Positions 53,425 to 62,569 are shown, counted from the stretch's first letter. The stretch is 64,000 bases of DNA from Burkholderiales bacterium (GCA_017880775.1 JADGRQ010000003.1:120110-184109), one strand, 5' to 3'. Notes: a model not told the origin generated them from the letters alone. Numbers and translations: made by a program.

Positions 53425-54515
53425 GCCTTAAATGCGGCATTGTGGGACTGCCCAACGTCGGCAAGTCCACGCTCTTCAACGCGCTGACCAAGGCGGGAAT
53501 CGCAGCGGAGAACTACCCGTTCTGCACCATCGAGCCGAACGTCGGCATCGTGGAGGTGCCGGATGCGCGACTGGCGAAGCTGGCCGAAATCGACAAGCCG
53601 CTCAGGGTGATCCCCGCAGCAGTGGAATTCGTCGACATCGCCGGCCTGGTTGCCGGCGCGTCAAAGGGCGAAGGCCTCGGCAACAAGTTTCTCGCCAATA
53701 TCCGCGAATCCGATGCCATCGCGCACGTGGTGCGCTGTTTCGAGGATCCGAACGTGGTGCACGTGACCGGCAAGGTCGATCCGGTCTCCGACATCGAAAC
53801 GATCAACACCGAACTTGCGCTCGCAGATCTCGCGAGCGTGGAAAAGCAGTTATCGAAGTACAACAAGGTGGCGAAGACGGGGGGCGACAAGGAGGCGCAA
53901 CGCCTGGTCGCGGTCCTCGAGAAGGCGCAGGCCGCGCTCGATCAGGCCAGGCCGGTGCGCTCGCTCGACTGGGCGAAGGAAGAACTGGCCATCCTCAAGC
54001 CGCTGTTTCTGCTCACCATGAAGCCGACGCTGTATGTGGCGAACGTCGCGGAGCACGGCTTCAAGGACAACCCGCTGCTCGCGCAGGTCGAGGCGCATGC
54101 GAAGAAGGAAGGCGCGGGCGTGGTCGCGATCTCGGCGGCGCTCGAGTCGCAGATCGCCGACATGAGTGACGAGGACAAGCAGATGTTCCTCGCCGACATG
54201 GGGCTTGAGGAGCCGGGATTGAACCGCCTGATTCGCGCGGCCTATCAGGTTCTCGGCCTGCAGACCTATTTCACCGCGGGCGAGAAGGAGGTGCGCGCGT
54301 GGACCGTGCACGTGGGCGATACCGCCCCGCAGGCCGCCGGCGTGATCCACACTGATTTCGAGCACGGCTTCATCCGCGCTGAAGTGACGGCGTACGCCGA
54401 TTATGTCGCCTGCAGGGGTGAGCAAGGCGCGAAGGACGCGGGAAAATTACGCGTCGAAGGCAAGGAGTATGTGGTGCGCGACGGGGATGTCATGCACTTC
54501 AGGTTCAACGTGTGA
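53421..54515 (+). CDS. ychF: redox-regulated ribosome-binding ATPase YchF
   Basis: [19 protein letters not shown]...FVDIAGLV...[10 protein letters not shown]...VMHFRFNV. Confidence 0.95.
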   Translation: MSLKCGIVGLPNVGKSTLFNALTKAGIAAENYPFCTIEPNVGIVEVPDARLAKLAEIDKPLRVIPAAVEFVDIAGLVAGASKGEGLGNKFLANIRESDAIAHVVRCFEDPNVVHVTGKVDPVSDIETINTELALADLASVEKQLSKYNKVAKTGGDKEAQRLVAVLEKAQAALDQARPVRSLDWAKEELAILKPLFLLTMKPTLYVANVAEHGFKDNPLLAQVEAHAKKEGAGVVAISAALESQIADMSDEDKQMFLADMGLEEPGLNRLIRAAYQVLGLQTYFTAGEKEVRAWTVHVGDTAPQAAGVIHTDFEHGFIRAEVTAYADYVACRGEQGAKDAGKLRVEGKEYVVRDGDVMHFRFNV

Positions 54516-54534
54516 ACCATTCAAGAGCCCGGCG

Positions 54535-54774
54535 ATGCGGATTGCGAACAAGGAAAGGGTAAGTGCCAGAATTCCGCGCGAGTCGCGGAAATTGCTTGAA
54601 AAGGCGGCCGCACTGTCGGGCGCAACGCTCGACCAATCTGTCGTGCAGGCGTCCATTAAGTAGGCGCAGACGCTGCTCGCAAGCGAGAGCTGAATCGTGC
54701 CTACCGAGGTGATCGTGGGCTATATGACGCTTGTGTTGTGCGAAGTCATGCCGGGAAAGCTACCCCGGAAGTAG
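54535..54774 (+). pseudogene. DUF1778/TacA-type (RHH) antitoxin remnant interrupted by in-frame stops
   Basis: MRIANKERVSARIPRESRKLLEKAAALSGATLDQSVVQASIK-TAG-AQTLLASES-TGA-IVPTEVIVG... aligns with the TacA pattern (..L.LR...E...LI..AA...G.S..DF.....A...A...L....). Stops at 54661, 54691 and 54772. Confidence 0.55.
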
Positions 54775-54814
54775 CATTTGTAGGAAAACGTCCAACGGAT
54801 ACACCGCATTCGCA

Positions 54815-54843
54815 TTGCTTGCACGAGTGGGGGCGCGTATGAT
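54815..54843 (+). promoter_or_regulatory. sigma-70-like promoter TTGCTT-N17-TATGAT facing the orphan ORF
   Basis: TTGCTT 54815-54820, 17-nt spacer, TATGAT 54838-54843. Confidence 0.35.
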
Positions 54844-54931
54844 TTTTCCGGAATGTGCAACTTAATCAGAGACATCAGGATTTTAAGCCCATCGCCGAAA
54901 AGGTGACGTGGGCGGTGGCCGCAAATGGGGG

Positions 54932-54944
54932 GTTGCGAACGCGT
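54932..54944 (+). repeat. left copy of 13-bp perfect direct repeat GTTGCGAACGCGT
   Basis: Identical 13-mer at 55449-55461. An 8-nt core TTGCGAAC also occurs at 54542-54549. Confidence 0.9.
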
Positions 54945-54969
54945 GGCACTAGAGGAACTGGGCAAACCC

Positions 54970-55443
54970 ATGGATTCGATGAAAGATTATGAAGATTTGT
55001 ATCGCTGGTATGGGTCTCAGTCGCCGGAAGCGCAGGCGGAAATAACGGAGGTGAGCCGCTTGTGGGAAAAATCTCCCAAAGGTGTCTTTAGGGAAAATCA
55101 GTACAAGCTGATCATCCTGGGCTGGCTCTGCGTTTTTGCGGCCATTCCCTTGTGTCTCATAGCAGCGACTTTCTCTTGTGATACGTGGCCGGAAGTTTGT
55201 ATTTCTGGGGTCAACTTGATTGACAGAATTGGTGGCCAGTTTTTCTTTGGGGGACCCAAGCACTTAATTTCTCTGGTACTTATAGTTTTCGACACATGTT
55301 TAGTTTTTGGTTGGACGGGCTACGTACTTTATAAGGCGCACCGGCAGGAACGGAAATTGAAGAAGCGATTTTTAAAGGAGCATCCAATCGCCAGGGATAT
55401 TTTCGACATACCAAGTTCCTGGCGTGAACAATTGCTCAGCTGA
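54970..55443 (+). CDS. orphan two-TM membrane protein (no family recognised)
   Basis: 157 aa from ATG 54970 (the ORF is open from ATG 54925). Soluble N-terminus MDSMKDYEDLYRWYGSQSPEAQAEITE; TM1 LIILGWLCVFAAIPLCLIAATF; TM2 LISLVLIVFDTCLVFGWTGYVLY; basic tail KAHRQERKLKKRFLKEH. AT-rich codon usage unlike its neighbours. Confidence 0.45.
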   Translation: MDSMKDYEDLYRWYGSQSPEAQAEITEVSRLWEKSPKGVFRENQYKLIILGWLCVFAAIPLCLIAATFSCDTWPEVCISGVNLIDRIGGQFFFGGPKHLISLVLIVFDTCLVFGWTGYVLYKAHRQERKLKKRFLKEHPIARDIFDIPSSWREQLLS

Positions 55444-55448
55444 ACTTT

Positions 55449-55461
55449 GTTGCGAACGCGT
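55449..55461 (+). repeat. right copy of 13-bp perfect direct repeat GTTGCGAACGCGT
   Basis: Starts 6 nt after the orphan ORF stop (55441-55443). Identical to 54932-54944. Confidence 0.9.
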
Positions 55462-55478
55462 TTTCTTGACTCGCGAGT

Positions 55479-55496
55479 GATCAAATCGATTTGATC
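55479..55496. repeat. 18-bp perfect palindrome GATCAAATCGATTTGATC
   Basis: Self-complementary over all 18 nt. A further GATCAAA half-site lies at 55530-55536, and a small hairpin CTGTC...GACAG at 55511-55527. Confidence 0.9.
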
Positions 55497-55531
55497 GCAC
55501 CGCCAAGCGGCTGTCAATCAGCGACAGGCGA

Positions 55532-57511
55532 TCAAACTCCGGCCTGCGCCCGCAATTCGGCCACCGCTTCCGGATTCACCAGCGAACTGAGATCGCCCGC
55601 GTCCTCGCCGAGGTAGGCGGCGCGGATCACGCGGCGCATGATCTTCAGGTTGCGTGTCTTCGGCAGGTCGGAGACGAAGCGCACGTCTTTCGGGCGGAAC
55701 GCGACGCCCAGACCGTGCACGACGGCCTGCGATAGTTCCGCTCTCAGCGCCTCGTTGCCTTCAACGCCGGGCTTCAGCGAACACACCAGCACCAGCGCCG
55801 ATCCCTTGATCTTGTCTGGCACGCCGATCGCCGCCGCCTCCGCAAGTTTGCCGGTGCCCATCAGCAGCGCCTCGATCTCCGCCGGCCCGGTGCGCTTGCC
55901 CGCGATCTTCAGCGTATCGTCCGAGCGTCCGTGAATGTACCAATGGCCGTCGGTGTCGCGGCTGGCGAAATCGCCGTGGTGCCAGACGTCCTTCCATGTG
56001 CTCCAGTAGCTCTGTATGTAGCGCCCGTCATCGTTCCACAGGCCCCTGGTCAGGCCGAACACCGGGCGGCGCATCACCAGTTCGCCGACCGTGCCCGGCG
56101 GCACCGACTGGCCGGACTCGTCGAAGATATCGGCGCCCGTACCTGGCACCGGGGTATTGAAACTGCACGGCTTGAGAGGCCGGAGCACGCAACAGGCGAG
56201 GATGCCCATCATTTCGGTGCCGCCCGAAAAGTTGAGCAGCGGCACACGGCCCTTGCCCACGCGTTCGAACAGCCATCGCCACGCATCCGGCGTCCATGGC
56301 TCGCCGCTCGAAACCATGATGCGCAGCGCCGAAAGGTCGTGCGTATTCCATGGTTCGCTGCCCTGGGCGATGAAGGTGCGCACCGTCGTAGGCGCGACGC
56401 CGAGGAAGCTCACGCGATGTTCGGCTGCGACGCGCCACATCCGGTCGGGGTCGGGAAAGTTCGGCGCACCCTCGACGAGGATCAGGGTTCCGCCCACGAT
56501 CGGCGTGACGAGAACGATCAGAGGTCCCACCACCCAGCCCATATCCGACATCCACAGCATCCGGTCGTCCGCTCGGAAGTCCATGCACAGTGAGAGGTCC
56601 ATCACGATTTTCGCAATGAATCCCGTGTGCCCGTGCACCACGCCTTTGGGTTTTCCGGTGGTGCCGGAGGTAAATACGAGCAGGTACGGCGCGTCCGCGT
56701 CCATTTCTTCGGTCGGCGCAGAATCCGGCTGCGCAGCGCACAGCTCGTGCCACCAGTGGTCGCGGCCCTCGGTCCAGGAAACCGGATTGCCCGCGCGCCG
56801 AACGACCGCGACGTGCTTGAGCGAGGGCACCTGCCGGGCAGCCTCGTCGGCGATCGCCTTGGCATCCACCAGTTTGCCGCGCCTCGATGAGCCGTCCACT
56901 GTGACGAGCACGCTCGCCTGCGCGAGTTCGAGGCGCGACACCATCGCATCGGCGCCGAAGCCGGAGAACAGCGGCATCACGATGCCGCCAACCTTGGCCC
57001 CTGCGAGCATCGCGATCATCGCCTCGGGAAGATTGGGCAGGTAGATCGCGATCACGTCTCCGCGTGCAACACCCAACGCACGCAGCGCTCCCGCGCAACG
57101 GCAAATCTCGCGGTCGAGATCGCGGTAGGTGTAATCCTTGCGCGCTCCGTCTTCGCCTTCCCAGACTAGCGCAAGCTTGTCGTAGGTCGTCGTGCCGCGC
57201 CAGCGATCGATCGCGTTCAGGACGACGTTGGTGGTGCCCCCGATGCACCATTTCGTCCACGGCGCACCGGCCGATGCGTCAAGCGCGCGTGCATACGGCC
57301 GGTAGAAGCGGTAATCGAGGTGTTTCAGCAAGCCTTCGAAGAACCAGCCGGGCTCTGCGTCGGCCCGGTGCAGCAGTTCGTCATAGGACCCGACGTCGAG
57401 CGCCCGCATGAACGCCGCCATGTTCGAAGCGGCAGCTTGCTGCGGGTCAGGCTGCCATGCAATCTCCGGAATCGCGGACAAGCTCGACGGCTTACTTGTC
57501 GATTCCGCCAA
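55532..57511 (-). CDS. AMP-forming acyl-CoA synthetase (acetate/propionate-CoA ligase-like family)
   Basis: 659 aa; AMP-binding motifs FTSGTTGKPKGV, ...GGTE..., SGEPW, and GRSDDTLKIAGKR near the C-terminus. TTG start 57511 overlaps the gabD 3' end by 20 nt. Confidence 0.85.
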   Translation of the reverse strand: MAESTSKPSSLSAIPEIAWQPDPQQAAASNMAAFMRALDVGSYDELLHRADAEPGWFFEGLLKHLDYRFYRPYARALDASAGAPWTKWCIGGTTNVVLNAIDRWRGTTTYDKLALVWEGEDGARKDYTYRDLDREICRCAGALRALGVARGDVIAIYLPNLPEAMIAMLAGAKVGGIVMPLFSGFGADAMVSRLELAQASVLVTVDGSSRRGKLVDAKAIADEAARQVPSLKHVAVVRRAGNPVSWTEGRDHWWHELCAAQPDSAPTEEMDADAPYLLVFTSGTTGKPKGVVHGHTGFIAKIVMDLSLCMDFRADDRMLWMSDMGWVVGPLIVLVTPIVGGTLILVEGAPNFPDPDRMWRVAAEHRVSFLGVAPTTVRTFIAQGSEPWNTHDLSALRIMVSSGEPWTPDAWRWLFERVGKGRVPLLNFSGGTEMMGILACCVLRPLKPCSFNTPVPGTGADIFDESGQSVPPGTVGELVMRRPVFGLTRGLWNDDGRYIQSYWSTWKDVWHHGDFASRDTDGHWYIHGRSDDTLKIAGKRTGPAEIEALLMGTGKLAEAAAIGVPDKIKGSALVLVCSLKPGVEGNEALRAELSQAVVHGLGVAFRPKDVRFVSDLPKTRNLKIMRRVIRAAYLGEDAGDLSSLVNPEAVAELRAQAGV

Positions 57512-58982
57512 GCATGATGTACTTCACCTCGAGGTACTCCTCCAGCCCGTACTTGGCGCCCTCGCGGCCAAGCCCTGACTGCTTTACGCCACCGAACGGC
57601 GCGATTTCGGTCGAAAGGATTCCCGAATTCACCGCCACCATGCCCGTCTCCATCTGTTCGGCAACGCGGAAGATGCGTCCGATGTCGCGCGAGTAGAAAT
57701 ATCCGGCGAGCCCGAACTCGGTGTTGTTGGCGAGCCGGATCGCTTCGGCCTCGTCCTTGAACCGGATCAGAGGCGCCACCGGTCCGAAGGTTTCCTCGAA
57801 CGAAACCTGCATCGCAGGTGTGACGCCGGTGATCACGGTCGGTTCGAAGAACAACCCGCCCTTCGCGTGGCGCTTGCCGCCGAGCACCACTTTCGCGCCT
57901 TTCGCGATTGCGTCGGCTACGTGGCTTTCGACCTTCTTCACGCCCTGCTCGTCGATCAGCGGGCCGATCACCACGCCTTGCTCGTTGCCGGCGCCCACCT
58001 TGAAGCCCTTCACCTTTTCGGTGAGTTTTGCGGCGAAGGCATCATAGACCTTGTCCTGGACGTAGATGCGGTTGGCGCAGACGCAGGTCTGGCCGGCATT
58101 GCGGTACTTGCTCGCGATCGCACCGTCAACCGCCGCGTCGAGGTCCGCGTCATCGAACACGATGAACGGGGCGTTGCCGCCCAGTTCGAGTGAGAGCTTC
58201 TTGACGGTGTCGGCCGACTGGCGCATCAGCATGCGGCCCACTTCGGTCGAACCGGTGAACGAGAGCTTGCGCACCACCGGATTCGAGCACAACTCGCCGC
58301 CGATCGCCGACGCGCTGCCGGTGACGATATTGAGCACGCCCTTGGGGATGCCGGCGCGCTCGGCGAGTTCCGCCATCGCCAGCGCCGAAAACGGCGTCTG
58401 CTTGGCGGGCTTGAGCACCACGGTGCAGCCGGCGGCAAGCGCCGGGGCCGCCTTCCTCGTGATCATCGCGTTGGGAAAGTTCCACGGCGTGATCATCGCC
58501 GCCACGCCGATGGGCTGCTTGATCACCAGGATTCGCTTGTCGGCCTGGTGTTGCGGAATCACGTCTCCGTAGGCGCGCTTGCCTTCCTCTGCGAACCACT
58601 CGATGAAAGACGCTCCATAGGCGATTTCACCGCGCGCCTCAGCAAGCGGTTTGCCCTGTTCGGCCGTGAGCAGCTGCGCGAGATCCTCCTGGTGCTGCAT
58701 CATCAGGTTGAACCAGCGCAGCAGGATCGCGTGGCGCTCTTTCGCGGTCCTGGCGCGCCATGCGGGCCACGCCGCATTCGCCGCATCGATTGCGCGACGG
58801 GTTTCGGCGGCGCCCATGTCGGGAATCGAGCCGAGCACTTCGCCATTGGCGGGATTGGTGACGGGAATACTGGATTTGTTGTCAGCATTGGCCCACTGTC
58901 CGTCGATGTAGCACTGCTCACGAAACAGCTTCGGGTCTTTGAGGGCGATCGCCGGGAGTCCGGCGCGGGTTGGTGCGTTCAT
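57492..58982 (-). CDS. gabD: NAD(P)-dependent succinate-semialdehyde dehydrogenase
   Basis: ATG 58982 behind [19 protein letters not shown]..., [26 protein letters not shown], and the catalytic region GQTCVCANR. Confidence 0.9.
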   Translation of the reverse strand: MNAPTRAGLPAIALKDPKLFREQCYIDGQWANADNKSSIPVTNPANGEVLGSIPDMGAAETRRAIDAANAAWPAWRARTAKERHAILLRWFNLMMQHQEDLAQLLTAEQGKPLAEARGEIAYGASFIEWFAEEGKRAYGDVIPQHQADKRILVIKQPIGVAAMITPWNFPNAMITRKAAPALAAGCTVVLKPAKQTPFSALAMAELAERAGIPKGVLNIVTGSASAIGGELCSNPVVRKLSFTGSTEVGRMLMRQSADTVKKLSLELGGNAPFIVFDDADLDAAVDGAIASKYRNAGQTCVCANRIYVQDKVYDAFAAKLTEKVKGFKVGAGNEQGVVIGPLIDEQGVKKVESHVADAIAKGAKVVLGGKRHAKGGLFFEPTVITGVTPAMQVSFEETFGPVAPLIRFKDEAEAIRLANNTEFGLAGYFYSRDIGRIFRVAEQMETGMVAVNSGILSTEIAPFGGVKQSGLGREGAKYGLEEYLEVKYIMLGGIDK

Positions 58983-59157
58983 GGTTTCCTCCGCAGTGGG
59001 CAGATGGTGGGCACGCAGTGGGCAGGCGTGCAAAAGCTGGAAGCGCAACAATGAATTTTACCTCGCCAGCGGAACAAGTTGCCGAATTGTGCGACGCAAC
59101 GTGCATATCGTCTTCGTTCCGCCTAGCATCCGGGTCTCACGCAAGGGAGGAAGGTCA

Positions 59158-59619
59158 ATGATCACATTTACTGTCAACGGCAAACAGGCGAGCGCCGATG
59201 TTCCGGGCGATACGCCGCTACTGTGGGTGCTGCGCGATACGCTGGGAATGACCGGGACCAAGTTTGGCTGCGGCGCGCAGTTGTGCGGCGCGTGCACCGT
59301 GCATCTTGATGGCCAACCGGTACGCTCCTGTGGCACTCCGGTTTCGGCTGCGGCGGGCAAAAAGGTCACGACCATCGAGGGCGTGGCGGCATCCGCTGCC
59401 GGCAAGAAGGTGCAGGCCGCTTGGGCAGCGCTCGATGTACCGCAGTGCGGCTACTGCCAGTCGGGCCAGATCATGAGCGCCACCGCACTTCTCACTGCGA
59501 AGCCGAAGCCGACCGACGCAGATATCGATTCCGCGATGGCCGGCAACATCTGCCGCTGCGGCACCTATCCGCGTATTCGCGCGGCAATTCACAAAGCTGC
59601 TGGCAGCAAGGAGGCGTAA
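59158..59619 (+). CDS. (2Fe-2S)-binding small subunit of a molybdopterin aldehyde/isoquinoline oxidoreductase (IorA-like)
   Basis: MITFTVNGK...[16 protein letters not shown]...[13 protein letters not shown]...[24 protein letters not shown]. Confidence 0.9.
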   Translation: MITFTVNGKQASADVPGDTPLLWVLRDTLGMTGTKFGCGAQLCGACTVHLDGQPVRSCGTPVSAAAGKKVTTIEGVAASAAGKKVQAAWAALDVPQCGYCQSGQIMSATALLTAKPKPTDADIDSAMAGNICRCGTYPRIRAAIHKAAGSKEA

Positions 59620-59621
59620 TC

Positions 59622-61745
59622 ATGAGCCAACTGAAGAACCCTTCCCGCCGCACCTTCCTCAAGTCCGGCGCCGCCGTGGGCGGCGGTCTGGTGATCGGCG
59701 TTTCGCTCCCGGGCATGTTCAACAACGCGTTCGCTGCAGCAGATTCCTCCGCGATCAACGCCTGGGTGCGTATCGGCAGCGACAATAGCATCACGATCCT
59801 CTGCGCGCGTTCGGAGATGGGGCAAGGGGTGGTAATGGCCCTGCCGACACTCGTCGCGGAAGAGCTCGAGGTCGACCTGAACAAGGTCAAGGTCGAGTTC
59901 GCGCCGCCGGGGGAGGTGTACATCAACAGCATGCTGGGCGGCCAGCTCACCGGCGGCTCGACCTCGGTGCGCGATGCCTGGGAAAAGCTGCGCATCGCAG
60001 GTGCGCAGGCCCGCATGATGCTCGTGGCGGCCGCGGCGCAGGAGTGGGGTGTGGATACGGCGAAGTGCACCGCGCGCAACGGAATGGTGTCGGGACCGAA
60101 AGGCAAAATGGCCAAGTATGGCCAGTTGGCGGAGGCCGCATCCAAGCTTCCGGTTCCAAAGGATGTCGTGCTTAAGGACCCGTCGAAGTTCCGCTACGTT
60201 GGCAAGCCGCTGAAGCGCATGGACACCGCCGGCAAGATCACCGGCAAGACCGAGTTCGGCATCGACGTCAAGCTGCCCGGCATGCTGTACGCCTCGCTCG
60301 CCCAGTGCCCGGTCATCGGGGGCAAGGTGGTGAGCTTCGACGCGGCGAAGGCAAAGGGGATGCCGGGCGTTAAGCACGTGGTGCAGATCACTGACGGCGT
60401 CGCCGTCGTGGCCGACAGCTGGTGGCAGGCGAAGCAGGCGCGCGACGCGATCGACGTCAAATGGGACGAGGGCCCGAACAAGGCACTCAATTCCGAATCG
60501 GTGTCGGCGGGACTCGCTACCGCAATGTCCCAGCCCGGGGCGCAGATCAAGCAGCAGGGTAACGTCGCCGAGGCGATGAAGACCGCGGCCAAGACGGTGC
60601 AGGCGACCTATGAAATGCCGTTCCTATCGCACTCGCCGCTGGAGCCGATGAACTTCACCGCCGACGTGCGCAAGGACTCGGCGCTGCTGATCGGCTCGAT
60701 CCAGTTCCAGCAGTTGGCGATGGGCATGGCGTCGGCGATCACCGGCCTCAAGCCCGAGCAGATCACGATCAAGACCACGTTCCTGGGCGGCGGCTTCGGC
60801 CGGCGCATCGACTGCGACTACATGGCGCAGGCGGTCGAGATCTCGAAGACGGTCGGCGCGCCCGTAAAGCTGGTATGGACGCGGGAAGATGACATGACGC
60901 ACGACTTCTACCGCCCGATCAGCCTGACCCAGATGTCCGGCGGGCTGGACGCGAGCGGCAAGCCGGTGGCGCTGAGCTTCAAGATGAGTTCGCCTTCGGT
61001 GACCGCGCGCCTGTTCCCGCCGCTGGTGAAGGACGGCGTCGACCCGTTGATGACGGAAGCCATCCTCGTGCCGTACGACATCCCCAACCAGTCGGTCGCC
61101 ACCGTGATCCACGATACGGGCCTGCGGGTCGGCTACATGCGTTCGGTGTCGCACGCGCTCAACGTATTCGCCAACGAATCCTTCATCGATGAGATGGCGG
61201 CTGCGGCGGGCAAGGATCCCTACGAGTACCGGCTCGCGCTGCTCGACAAACAGCCGCGCTTCAAGAACGTGCTGCAGCTCGCGGCGGAGAAGGCGGGCTG
61301 GGGCAAGCCGCTGCCCAGCGGGCGCGCACGCGGGATCGGGCTGATGGAGGGCTACGACACTTACATGGCGCAGGTGGCCGAGGTATCGGTCGTGGATGGC
61401 GCGGTCAAAGTGCATCGCGTGGTGGTGGCCGTTGATCTGGGCAGGATGGTCAACCCGAACATCGTCGAACAGCAGCTCGAAAGCAACATCGTGTTCGGCC
61501 TGACGGCGCTGCTTTACGGCGACATCACGCTGAAGGACGGCCGCGTTCAGCAGTCCAACTTCCACGAATACAAACTGCTGCGAATGCCGGAATGCCCGAA
61601 GATCGAGATGCACATCGTCAAGAGCACTGAGAAGCCGGGCGGCATTGGCGAACCGGGCATGGCCTTGCTTTCGCCGACAGTGGCGAACGCGGTCTTCGCA
61701 CTGACCGGCAAGCGACTGCGCAAGATGCCGTTCCGCCTTGCCTAG
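59622..61745 (+). CDS. molybdopterin-binding large subunit of aldehyde/isoquinoline oxidoreductase (IorB-like), Tat signal
   Basis: Twin-arginine signal SRRTFLKSGAAVGGGLVIG. 707 aa with aldehyde-oxidase/xanthine-dehydrogenase-type segments (GGGFGRR, ...GIGEPG...). Confidence 0.9.
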   Translation: MSQLKNPSRRTFLKSGAAVGGGLVIGVSLPGMFNNAFAAADSSAINAWVRIGSDNSITILCARSEMGQGVVMALPTLVAEELEVDLNKVKVEFAPPGEVYINSMLGGQLTGGSTSVRDAWEKLRIAGAQARMMLVAAAAQEWGVDTAKCTARNGMVSGPKGKMAKYGQLAEAASKLPVPKDVVLKDPSKFRYVGKPLKRMDTAGKITGKTEFGIDVKLPGMLYASLAQCPVIGGKVVSFDAAKAKGMPGVKHVVQITDGVAVVADSWWQAKQARDAIDVKWDEGPNKALNSESVSAGLATAMSQPGAQIKQQGNVAEAMKTAAKTVQATYEMPFLSHSPLEPMNFTADVRKDSALLIGSIQFQQLAMGMASAITGLKPEQITIKTTFLGGGFGRRIDCDYMAQAVEISKTVGAPVKLVWTREDDMTHDFYRPISLTQMSGGLDASGKPVALSFKMSSPSVTARLFPPLVKDGVDPLMTEAILVPYDIPNQSVATVIHDTGLRVGYMRSVSHALNVFANESFIDEMAAAAGKDPYEYRLALLDKQPRFKNVLQLAAEKAGWGKPLPSGRARGIGLMEGYDTYMAQVAEVSVVDGAVKVHRVVVAVDLGRMVNPNIVEQQLESNIVFGLTALLYGDITLKDGRVQQSNFHEYKLLRMPECPKIEMHIVKSTEKPGGIGEPGMALLSPTVANAVFALTGKRLRKMPFRLA

Positions 61746-61765
61746 CGGTCGATTGCAAGCAGGAC

Positions 61766-61792
61766 AAAAAGCCCGCTTCGGCGGGCTTTTTG
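61766..61792 (+). terminator. rho-independent terminator after iorB
   Basis: AAAAAGCCCGC-TTCG-GCGGGCTTTTT: stem 61771-61776 / 61781-61786 with a T-run to 61791. Confidence 0.8.
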
Positions 61793-61794
61793 CT

Positions 61795-62568
61795 GTGCGC
61801 GCTGTCCTCGGCCTCGTCCTCGCTGCGATGGTGTCAGCGGCGTGGGCGCAGGACTACGAGCGCGAGAAGCGCTGGGCGGACGAGATCCTGAAGACCCTCA
61901 TGGTCGGCAACGCGCAATGGCTCGAGCAGAAGAACGGCCACCGGTTTCTCGCGCTCTACACCGAAGCGCTCAGTTCTCCGAACGTGGCGCGCGGCGCGGT
62001 CATCGTTGCGCACGGGCGCGGCTGGAATCCCGATTTCGAACTCTATGGGACCTTGCGCACCCGGCTGGCGGACCAGGGGTATAGCACCCTGTCGATTCAG
62101 CTTCCGGTGCTCCCCAGCACCGCCATCCTCGGCCTGTACGTGCCGCTATATCCGGACGCGCGCGAACGCTTCCAGCTGGCGGTCGATTTTCTCAAGGCGA
62201 AGGGTTACAAGAACATTGCGATCGTGTCGCACAGCCTCGGCGCGACCATGGCGAACCAGTACCTCATCCGTACCGAGGACAGCTCCGTCGGGGCCTGGGT
62301 CTTCATCGGCATCCTTCAGGGACTGGAGGAAATGTACCGGATCAAGATCCCGGTGCTTGACGTGTTCGGCAGCAACGACTGGACGGTGACGATGTGGGGT
62401 GCCGATGAGCGCAGGAAGCAGATCCTGTTGAATCCGGGATCCGGCCAGATCATGGTGCCGAACGCAAAGCATTTCTTCGAGGACAGAGAGGAGGAGCTGA
62501 GCGGGATCGTCGTGAAATTCCTGGACAAGGTCTTTCGTTCAGTCGATCCGGCTGCCGCCCGGCGCTGA
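61795..62568 (+). CDS. secreted alpha/beta-hydrolase fold protein (DUF3530-like)
   Basis: A GTG at 61795 just after the terminator gives signal peptide VRAVLGLVLAAMVSAAWA/QD. Nucleophile elbow VSHSLGA; ...VIVAHGRGWNPD... Confidence 0.6.
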   Translation: MRAVLGLVLAAMVSAAWAQDYEREKRWADEILKTLMVGNAQWLEQKNGHRFLALYTEALSSPNVARGAVIVAHGRGWNPDFELYGTLRTRLADQGYSTLSIQLPVLPSTAILGLYVPLYPDARERFQLAVDFLKAKGYKNIAIVSHSLGATMANQYLIRTEDSSVGAWVFIGILQGLEEMYRIKIPVLDVFGSNDWTVTMWGADERRKQILLNPGSGQIMVPNAKHFFEDREEELSGIVVKFLDKVFRSVDPAAARR

Positions 62569-62569
62569 G

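Larger units (their letters stand above)
54516..55531. other. low-GC islet between ychF and the acyl-CoA synthetase gene
   Basis: Hand count of 55201-55320 gives 51 G+C of 120 nt. A 60-nt sample of ychF (53461-53520) gives 37 of 60. Contents are non-housekeeping (see separate entries). Confidence 0.6.

Noticed and set aside
54775-54924. Remnant of the GNAT (TacT) toxin downstream of the broken antitoxin
   Set aside because: One frame gives ...ENVQRIHRIRIACTSGGAYDFSGMCNLIRDIRIL..., with only vague resemblance to the C-terminal ...A..FY...GF... of GNAT toxins. That is too weak to call without a profile search.
54720-55517. Minus-strand ORFs inside the islet (54720-54971, 54949-55263, 55098-55295, 55329-55517)
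   Set aside because: They are short and overlap the better-supported plus-strand ORF or the intergenic palindromes. None has a motif, a start context or hydrophobicity pattern suggesting a real protein.
61738-61794. Longest-ORF start (61738) for the hydrolase gene
   Set aside because: The first 19 codons span the iorB stop and the strong terminator hairpin at 61766-61792. GTG 61795 immediately after it yields a proper signal peptide.
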